Shown: piece by piece, positions 1 to 24,883 of the stretch
Layout: each line of letters starts with the position of its first letter
Position numbering within the stretch: position 1 is the stretch's first letter
Source of the DNA: Balanoglossus misakiensis
Lineage: Eukaryota > Animalia > Hemichordata
Assembly (NCBI GenBank): GCA_040954595.2
Contig: CM082589.2
Coordinates: forward strand, 4,912,213 to 4,976,212
DNA length: 64,000 nt
Reading direction: 5' to 3'
Position numbers and translations under genes: made by a program
Notes under the pieces: generated by a model
Seen by the model: only the letters and a program-made list of their open reading frames with translations
Told to the model about the DNA's origin: nothing
Database searches by the model: none

Positions 1-116
1 CTAAGTTTTCAAGAGTTCAAAACACGCATAATAGGCCATGGTTTTGTTTGTGGTTGCTATATGTTTGCATGGATAATGCATCTGTTTGCTGATTGGGTAT
101 TTTGACTTGACTGCAG

Positions 117-4016
<3,900 letters not shown>

Positions 4017-5325
4017 CTGAAAACCAGTGGAATGTATTTTTTATCGTTATTTTCATGAGAATAAAACAGCGTATAAAATTGACACAAATGTGTTTAAACT
4101 CGGATATAGTCAGTGCTACTCTCCTGTTTCGGTATAAAGATTTCAATATACAACTCAAGAAAAATACCAAATCATAGGACCTTTTCTGCTTAATTTATTC
4201 TGCCTGATTGTACTATGTGAACTCAATAGCAATTGCAATTCAACTGTGTGTTGGCTGCTCTCCAATTAAGCAAAATTTAACATCTTGTGTAATTTTTAAA
4301 ATTTTTATCAAATGTATGTGCAATCAGAATTTCTGTTGTACTTAGGCAGAATGTAGCAAGTATCTGATATTTACATTTTTTTTGTTCATGTCTAAATGAT
4401 TTTTTTCCTCAGTTTCTTACTCACAGACCACGATGTGAAGAATGCACCACTGTGACAGATTTCTAATTTTTGGTGATCATTTCTAGTATTCGCTGATACA
4501 CAGTCGGAATGTCCACTTTTGTGGAAAAGGTTTAGCCAGGCAACTTTGAAAAGGAGACAGAAATGTATTTTTTTATTTAAAGATGCAACTGTGTATGGCT
4601 TTTAGAGTTCTAAGTTTGAATATTGAAGTTCATTGCTGGCAGTCAGATGAACAGGTGTGCCTTTACGGGACAGAAGCAAGACTTTTTCTGTCATTTTTGT
4701 CTCTGTTTTGACAGTGTGTCTTGTTTTACTCAAAACTGCATGTCCACATGCCAAGTTATACACTGGTCAACACAGCTTGCCATGTTAGTGTCGACAGCAT
4801 GAACACAAGTCTGAATTTAAATCGAGACGGTAACCAGAAAACAGTGGCTGTTGAGGTGCAGGCTCTTCTGCTGAGCCATATTGATCTCAACAACTTATAA
4901 GGGGGGGGGGGGGGCGAGAATAAAGAATAGTTGATGCACTTAAAACAAATCATGAGCTTCACTTTTTGCCCTGCAGAACTGAAATCTTTCTTTTTCCTTG
5001 CTTGGCAGCCGTCAGCTGCTTTAAATACGAAGTTTGTATTTTAAAACAAATTTTAGAATGTTATTATTGTTTTTAAATGCTCATCCTGTGTTATTGGTGC
5101 AGAAATCGTCCATATTATACAGGACCACGCTCACACAGTCTGGCCTGGATGTGGCCCGAGCATGTACACGTCACTGATGCTATCATGTTGTAACTTTAAT
5201 ATTTGGTGTCTTTGTGGCCACCTGTTGTTCAGTGCCTCTAGATTGTCAATGAAAGTCAATTTTAAAAAAACTTCATGTACCATAGTAACAATGTAAAGGC
5301 TGTATATGTAATGCAAGCAGCTTTC

Positions 5326-5413
5326 AATAAAAATCAAGTTTGATTTCATCAAATTCTACATGTCTTCATTCTTTTGATATAGACTACGTGTGTCTTGTGT
5401 TCGGTATAATAAA
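5326..5413 (+). terminator. Candidate polyadenylation signals for FAM91A1 (AATAAA at 5326 and 5408)
   Basis: Two AATAAA hexamers about 1.3-1.4 kb after the stop codon, just before the palindrome. Usage is not demonstrated. Confidence 0.4.
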
Positions 5414-6469
5414 AATTAACAACAAAAATCATCAAAACATAGGCCTAACAGTATATTAATTTATTGAGGAAACTTCTTCAAATGACGTCACGAAAGTTTC
5501 CACCGTTTGGTGGCGACATTTACAATTCCTGTTCTCTCGATCTGATCTTTGCCCACGCCCACCAGGTGCGAATCTGTCTGGCAATGTGCTCGTTTTCAAT
5601 ATATATTTAAATAAATTGTAGACAGGCGTGTTGAATTAGGTCAAAACCCGGGTCAACGTAAATTGGAGCGTCTGCGTTGCACACATGTTCCATCCAAGAG
5701 TGTAGAGACTAATTGACCAATCACAAGTGCTGTGGTCTACCTGTTTCGGTTGTGCGGATACCAACTGACCAATGAGAATTGTCGGGACAAAATTAATAAT
5801 TAATTAGCCAAACAGAGACGTGAGTGACCTCGATTGCATGCCGTGTATGCTACCCGAACTGTTTGTCCGCACTACAATCTATATTTTATTTCAGATGCAG
5901 AAATTCGTCCACACAACAGGAAATATTTGTTGAGAAAACTGCTTCAACTCGGCTGGCGAGAGCAGCCATAGAGCAGCCATTTTAGTTCACTAAGTTGGGT
6001 GACGTCACGAAATTTCCAACACTTGGTGGCGACATCTACGCGTCAGAAATCGACATTACCTCGAACAAGGCAGTTTGTCAGCAGGTTGCGAATCTGTCTG
6101 GCAATGTACGCTAAATTATATTTTATCCATTTAATGAGTTAGAAGTGTAATTTCATGTGACTGATATGAATTTTACTAGCATATCGAATTAATTTTGGCT
6201 TATCCCACAGTCCTTTGCGCACGCTTAATTAAATAAAAATGGCGGCGGCTTTGAACGTCGTCTTTCCTCGCATAAAGTTAAAAAAAGGATGTTTGTACAA
6301 GTTGTTGTATGTTTTGTGGCTGTTTGTCGTCCCGTATGAATGAGGTGTGGTCGGTAACGGTGAACGGTGCACCAGTTTTGGTCCAAAGATGGAAATTTCT
6401 AGTCCTGCGCAATAATTCGTTTTAGATAATCGCCAGCTGCAGCTTTACCTATGGTATTGACACTGTTCA

Positions 6470-6980
6470 CCGTTACGTATTGGGTGCTACACATATGTTG
6501 CCTAACCCATTACATAGAGTTATATTAATATTAACGGTCAATATGATTTAGCCTAACTGTTTACCATTAGGTATGGATGGCTGTTCACGGTGGCTAGACA
6601 TATGTTGCCTAACCCATTACATAGAGTGATATTAATATTAATGGTCAATATGATTTAGCCTAACTGTTGACCATTAGGTATGGATGGCTGTTCACGGTGG
6701 CTAGACATATGTTGCCTAACCCATTACATAGAGTGATATTAATATTAACGGTCAATATGATTTAGCCTAACTGTTTACCATTAGGTATGGATGGTTGTTC
6801 ACGGTGGCTAGACATATGTTGCCTAACCCATTACATAGTGTGATATTAATATTAACGGTCAATATGATTTAGCCTAACTGTTTTCCATTGGGCATAATTG
6901 GCTGTTTACGGTGGCTAGAAATATGTTGCCTAACTTATTACATAGAGTGATATTAATATTAACGGTCAATATAATTTAGA
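6470..6980 (+). repeat. 107-bp tandem array, ~4.7 units, left arm
   Basis: The anchor (C/A)ATATGTTGCCTAAC recurs at 6492, 6599, 6706, 6813 and 6920 (period 107). Confidence 0.95.
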
Positions 6981-7301
6981 GATTAATTACGATAATTGCT
7001 AATTAATAATGAGAAATTATCATCGCATCGACTAAAAATAAAACTTTTTAAGCTAGAACCTTCAGTATTTTTCACTTTTATGACTGTAAAACGTAATAAC
7101 CACGATTTTTAGTAAGAACCACGGCCACGTGTATAAAATCCTATTTAAGAACCTTGGCCGTGGTTCTTACTAAAAATCGTGGTTCTTACGTTTTACAGTC
7201 ATAAAAGTGAAAAATACTGAAGGTTCTAGCTTATAAAGTATTATTTTTAGTCGATGCGATGATAATTTCGCATTATTAATTAGCAATTATCGTAATTAAT
7301 C

Positions 7302-7840
7302 CCTAAATTATATTTACCGTTAATATTAATATCACTCTATGTAATGGGTTAGGCAACATATGTCTAGCCACTGTGAACAACCATCCATGGCCAATGGTAA
7401 ACAGTTAGGCTAAATCATATTGACCGTTAATATTAATATCACACTATGTAATGGGTTAGGCAACATATGTCTAGCCACCGTGAACAACCATCCATACCCA
7501 ATGGAAAACAGTTAGGCTAAATCATATTGACCGTTAATATTTATATCACTCTATGTAATGGGTTAGGCAACATATGTCTAGCCACCGTGAACAACCATCC
7601 ATACCCAATGGAAAACAGTTAGGCTAAATCATATTGACCGTTAATATTAATATCACTCTATGTAATGGGTTAGGCAACATATGTCTAGCCACCGTGAACA
7701 ACCATCCATACCCAATGGAAAACAGTTAGGCTAAATCATATTGACCGTTAATATTAATATCACTCTATGTAATGGGTTAGGCAACATATGTCTAGCCACC
7801 GTGTACACACGCCATCCATACCCAATGGTAAACAGTTAGC
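7302..7840 (-). repeat. 107-bp tandem array, ~5 units, right arm (mirror of the left array)
   Basis: The reverse-complement anchor CAACATATG recurs at 7354, 7461, 7568, 7675 and 7782 (period 107). Confidence 0.95.
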
Positions 7841-10738
7841 TAAAAACGAATTATTGCGCACGACTAGAATTTGCCATCTTTGGACCCAAACTGGTGCACC
7901 GTTCACCATTTCCGACCACACCTCATTCATACGGGACGACGAACAGCCACAAAACATACAACAACTTGTACAAACACCCTTTTTTAAGCTTTATGCGAGG
8001 AAATCGACATTCAAAGCCGCCGCCATTTTTATTTCATGAAGCGTGCGCAAAGGACTGTGGGATCAGCCGAAATTTATACATGTATTCGAGATGCTAAAAA
8101 ATGATTCCAGTCTACATAAAATCCTTTCTAACTCATTAAATTAATAAAAAAAACATAATCTAGCGTACATTTTAAGGCAGATTCGCACCTGCTGACTTAT
8201 TTTGAAGGCATAGGGCTGGAATTGTAGATGTCGCCACCAAGCGTTGGAAATGCCGTGACGTCACCCAACTTCGTGAACTAAAATGGCTGCTGCACGCGAG
8301 ACGAGAAAGGTCACTCGAAGCAGTTTTCTCAAAAAATAATTGTTATGTGTGGACGAATTTCTGCATCTCAAATAAAATATAGATTGTAGTGCGGACAAAC
8401 AGTTCGGATAGCATACACGGCATGCAATCGAGGTCACTCACGTCCCTGTGCGGCTAATTAATTATTAATTTTGTCCCGATAATTCTCATTGGTCAGTTGG
8501 TATCCGCACAACCGAAAGAGATAGACCACAGCACTTGTGATTGGTCAATTAGCCTTTACACTCTTGGAACATGTGTGCAACGCAGACGCTCCAATTTACG
8601 TTGACCCGGGTTTTGACCTAATTTAACACGCCTGTCTACAATTTATTTAAATATATATTGAAAACGCGCACATTGCCAGACAGATTCGCACCTGGTGGGC
8701 AAAGACATTGAGGACTGTTCGGGCTTGTAAATGTCGCCACCAAGCGTTGGAAATTATCGTGACGTCACCCAGCTGCAGTCAAGTTTTCTCAATAACTACT
8801 GTTATGTATGGACAGTATTGCTGTATTTTTGGACTGACACATATGAGAGAAAATAGCTGTGCAAGATTTATATTAACGTTGTTAACTTATCAATTGGTGA
8901 ACTAATTAATTGAACACAACTGTTCACAACAAATTCATAAAATTCAAAAGGACATTCATAGCCACCCACAAGGGATTAGAGGAAGTGTGCACAAAGGACT
9001 GTGGGATTGGCCAAAATTATTTTCGACAACACATAAAACTAATTTGAGACATTCTAGCATACATAAAAGTAATTGCAGCATGTGAAAATAGTTAATTAAT
9101 AAAGAAGTTAATAAAATTAAATCTAGGCAACAAAAATGAATCAAAGAAAAGACAAGGTAAAATAATTAGAACACAAAATTAATTAAAGATAAACTCCATA
9201 TAATTTCACACAACTCATTTGTTTAATTAACATCTTTATTGATTAGTATCTGTGATGAAGATTATTTGAAAACTAATTACTGCATGATAACTGGAATATA
9301 CTGTATTGTGAAAATCAAAACCAAGTTCCTGGACAAGTTGCATTTCTTTGAACTCATAGAGCTCGGTGTAGGATAGAATATATTATGAAAATTATCAGTA
9401 AAATTGACCAACCACACAATAAGAAATATCTCCACAGCAAATATGAGACTACACTTCTCAGCAACAAAAGGTGCAAGATAACCTGGCGTTTGAATTGGAG
9501 AAAGAGGGAATGAAATTATGGCCAGTTTGGAAGATTTGAGTGGAGACTGATGTCTTGGAAGAAAGACTTTCATGGATTTGGTACGTAAGAAATAAGTTCG
9601 TTGATCTATACTTGCATTACATGGCATATGCTCTTAACCCCGACTGTGCCATGTTTTACCATTCACCCAACAAACACCGCCTGGAAATAGCTGTTAGCAA
9701 AACATTCCACGCTATAAGAAACCACGTCTGCCGAGATCTTGCATGGGCACCTTAACTCAGGATACTTATCACGCAATGCATGCCAAAAATAAATGAAGAT
9801 GTGTGTTTGAAGATGTGGTACACTTCATTCCCAGACTTCATTACACTAAACTTTGAGAAAGTAAAAGTCAAATTGTGTTGACTGGTCACACCTGTCCGAA
9901 CAACCAGGCAGTATAACAGCGCCACCAGTGGCCACAATTCAAATTGCAACGAGCTTGACTGGTCCATGCCCACAGTACTGGATTTCAACATTTCCTATAA
10001 ATTAAGTCTAACTGTTCCTTAAAAAGCTTTTCACTTGAATGAGAGGACAGACCTAGAAATTGTACCGTTGGTAAAAAGTTGGACAATGATAACACAGAAA
10101 AGCCAGGCATGCAGTTCGGACAACCCTCCCTTAAACGTGTTGAAATACCACCAAATAAAAGTTACCAAAAGAAGTCATGGTAACTCTTATCAGGACTTCA
10201 ATCATTCAAGAGATTTAACTGACAATTAATTGTGTTTATGTCTGAAAAAAATTGCATAATACTACTGTTTATCAGACAGAGAGATCGAGAAATTTTCAAA
10301 AATCGCAATTTAATTTAATTTACATACTGCCAGTAGTCCTTTTGAATAATTTAATTTCATGTGCACTTTCTACTGCTTGCAGAAATTCATATCGATTCAG
10401 CCTTAATGCACAAGATTACAACATATTACTGATAATTGTGAGATTATATTATTCACAAAATGGGGTTCTCACATTTAATATTCTAGTTACACTAATTCTG
10501 AGAACAAAAAAGTCAATTTATCCCTCACAAAAAATTCTGTGTCAGGTTGACTGGTTTCAGCTGTTTGGTAAATGGTGCAATAAACCAAATTGACGTGTTT
10601 GCACACGTCAGTGTGTTTTATTGAGAGATTGTGTAACTAGTGAATGCATGGTTCACAACTTCATTGTTGAATTTTATGACTGCTTGGTCAACTGTAACCA
10701 AGCTTTTTCTTCTTCTGGAATGCCACGCCGCGCCAGTG

Positions 10739-11084
10739 TTAAAGGGAAGCAGTCTTCGCGCCGCGTTTGTTTGTTTGTAAACATTACTATTTATCCACAA
10801 ATCCCTGAAATTAGATAATTCTTAGAATGAACGAAGCGTAGACTGGGCATGACAGCAACTGAAGATCCTAGTAGGTCGTGGCGACTGCAGTGGGCAGAGT
10901 GAGAACTAAATACACCCTTCTATCACTGCAACATGGTGCGATCCCACATGACGTCTATGGAGCATGGACGGATCCATGCACATCAAAGCAGGGGTGGCAA
11001 ATACAGAAATCGCGCGCATCTCACATCTCCGGCATACGTTGCTACAGACTCCCAGTTGCAAAGCCGACTGCAGCACTTCATTAA
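10739..11084. mobile_element. TTAA-flanked non-autonomous DNA transposon relic downstream of the LYPLA stop codon
   Basis: Starts TTAAAGGGAAGCAGTC and ends GACTGCAGCACTTCATTAA (degenerate TIR). The first ~95 bp recur at ~13668-13760. Confidence 0.5.
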
Positions 11085-11376
11085 ATTAAATCAAAATTCA
11101 TTAAACTCTGAATAACTCTATTCAGGATGTGACATTAAAACTGGCGGCTGATTAGGCACACTCTAAGCACAGTACAAATTCCAATTTCATTCAAATTCGA
11201 TGAAAATTAACTAGAAAAAAAAATCATTCACATCTACATATACACTTGCATCACTCAAACTGCATCAGTATATAAGAAGACCGAAACTGCCTAGGTGTGA
11301 TAATTTTTTACAATTTTTAAATTTCCCCTGAATGAAACTTGCAAACCAGTGAAAAAAAACAAAAACCTTCCTGGTG

Positions 11377-22393
<11,017 letters not shown>

Positions 22394-23522
22394 AAAACGA
22401 CAGTGCAACTATTTTGTTCGTCCAGTTCTTCTGTGACGAGGGAATCCAAACAACGTCACGGGGATGAAATCCTCAGAAAGTTGTGAGTGATGCAGATCCT
22501 GATCGACGATGAGGAATGGAGCCGGTGCGACCAGTCAGTCGTAAGCAATCTCCAGCTGTTCTGCCGTTAACCCTATAACGTGGTACCTTTTCCGGAGTGA
22601 TTACTGCCGTTTGGGCTCTAAGTTCAGCAATTGGTTTGATGCTTCGGAGAAATATTTCTCTCCTTCACAGTATCAGAAACCTTCTCGTCTCTCTCACTCA
22701 CCGGTACACGGTGGAAGTCCCACAGTGTTCTCTCCGTAATGGAACTACGCATGCGTAGTGTTGATCTGTTAACGTAACTGTCTCTCGGTAAATCACGCGT
22801 GACAAGGAATTATGATAACGAGAGTGGGAGCGGAGAACAGTAGCCATCGTGAGAGGGCTCCCTACACAGACGTATTTATTATGATTTTTGGAAATCTGAT
22901 TATATTAGAAATGCTCTACTTATATTGTCGTTGCTTGATTCTAACCATCATTGTCTATATTCTAAGGGAGCCTTCAGTATATACAAGGGGGGGGGGGGAT
23001 CAGGGGGTGGGTCACTTTTTACAAACCAATCATCATCATCATCATCATCATAATCATCATCATCATCATCATCATCATGGAACAAAAGTAAGAGCTTTTG
23101 GCATGTTAAACACTTTCACCCCAAGTTGCCTGAGTAGCGGTCCAACTTTGCCATATAAAACAATAGATAAATTAGATTAAAGACAAATCATGGTGGTGAA
23201 ATAGTTAAAGACCCCTTTTTCAAGTTAAAACCTGACCCACGTGATAGACTTTCCTTTCACGTACATTTCACAGACATTTAGTGAAAGCACTCTACTGCCC
23301 TCTCTTGATTCAACCCAAATCCAGCGATAACCTTTAACCCTTTACCCTGGAAAGTTGTAAATGGGACATATGTACATGGGTAGGCAACAGCGATCGATCG
23401 AGTGACCCGTTGTAGAACAATGTAGCAACGCGAAGGGAAGTTGATTATCTGTGAGACGACAACTGAAAATTTGATTCATACCCGTAAAAAGCGAGATCGA
23501 CTAGGCCAGTGAGGAACATGCG
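22394..23522. promoter_or_regulatory. Putative bidirectional promoter region between LYPLA (-) and NIPAL (+)
   Basis: Start codons diverge 1.13 kb apart. The region is relatively CpG-rich and has a perfect 16-bp palindrome ACTACGCATGCGTAGT (22744-22759) containing an NRF1-like CGCATGCG core. Confidence 0.6.
23029..23078. repeat. (CAT)n microsatellite
   Basis: About 16 CAT units with one interruption; this is the source of the poly-His in ORF 22812..23180. Confidence 0.95.
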
Positions 23523-24811
23523 ATGGGACATTTATCGGGTGTGCAGGTAAAGTAGTTCGGGATTTCTGGTGGGACACGCCCCTTGTTATAAAGTAGTACT
23601 AGTATATGGGGCTTTCACTTTTTCTGGATTCGGATGACAGTGACACTACACACAGTGACAGACAACTGTCTGGGCTCGGCTCTCTAGGATAATTAAAACG
23701 ATGAAAACAATTGTGGGGCGATTGTTACTAAAAATAGGATTAAAAGTACGGTACTTAATATGGCCTGTTTGGCCCAAAACTATTAAGTGACTGTTAGAGA
23801 TGTCTGATTTTTTTTTTGGCGGGGGGGGGGGGGGTTTAGGGATCCCCACCGACGCATGCCACGGTCACGTCAAGTCGTTGGTCGCCCAGTTGTGAATTGA
23901 ACGAATTTAACCATGCGTTACAAGAATGAATGAATGTAAAGTCAGACATTCGACAGTCACGCTACATGATTAATGTGGCCCGTACTGCATATAGTACGTT
24001 GCGAAAGAAACAATGGATCAGTTCATCGTTTTTACCACACATGCGCTCGTGGTGTTGCGTGGATAGTCTATCGAGGGGCCGATGCGTAATGCCAACTTTC
24101 GGCCACACTCTCATTCATCGGTCCCCTATGGAATTGAAAATTCAATTCTCAGTTTTGCTGACCTGCTTGAAATTTCTCCCCTCAACTTTTCTATTAATTC
24201 AGTGAAGTTTAAAAAGGTTCAAATGCTTCATTGTAAGTGGACTTTAGTTACCCATTAAGTTAAATAGGCACACATTGAAAAACATTAATTTGCTCAAAAC
24301 TAAATCCTTGCCGCACCGAATTGCATTGAATTATTGGCAGACTGGTTGTTTTTTTCAATCAACAAGATTGTCATTGTCACTCAATGACACCCTTATACCG
24401 GTAGAAAGGACAAGACAATAGCTATTCATTCAAAATTTAGATTATCAGTTATGTCACTTCCTGTTTGACAAAGACCCACTATTCATTTCAGAATACCAGG
24501 ACATTCCATTTTCCATTCCTCTGTTGAATATACACTCTACCTTAAAACCAACTAAATTTAAATTAAGGACACACAGACCACTGTAGTTGTAATAGAGATA
24601 AACAGGTGAAGGGTGAGCTGGTTGTGTACCAGCAAAAGTTAATTATCCCCAGAATAATAATAGTTTTATGAGATAAATACAATGGCCTCACTGAATATTC
24701 CAAAGTTAAATCTATTGAATGAGTTTTTCATGTTTTCATGTGAGATATAACATTTCAGAGTGACAAGCCCATATATCTGCAAAATGTATTTTTCATGTCA
24801 TTGTAATAAAT

Positions 24812-24883
<72 letters not shown>

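Larger units (their letters stand above)
5461..8795. mobile_element. Giant inverted repeat / foldback-like non-coding element (arms ~1.65 kb, 27-bp spacer at 7128-7154)
   Basis: 5461 TTATTGAGGAAACTT..TGACGTCACGAAA..TTGGTGGCGACATTTACAA is the reverse complement of the region ending at 8795. At the centre, ..GTAAGAACCACGGCCA (7127) faces TGGCCGTGGTTCTTAC (7155). Arms are collinear throughout. No convincing ORF and no clear TSD. The palindrome is certain; the mobile-element label is an inference. Confidence 0.85.

Noticed and set aside
6470-7840. 107-bp arrays as a CRISPR-like array
   Set aside because: Units are contiguous near-identical tandem repeats with no unique spacers, there are no cas genes, and the context is eukaryotic.
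7760-8097. Short ORFs inside the palindrome as transposase remnants
   Set aside because: 65-83 aa with no recognisable DDE or DNA-binding motif.
22812-23180. Poly-His ORF in the bidirectional promoter region
   Set aside because: Produced by the (CAT)n tract and poly-G run; no coding signature.
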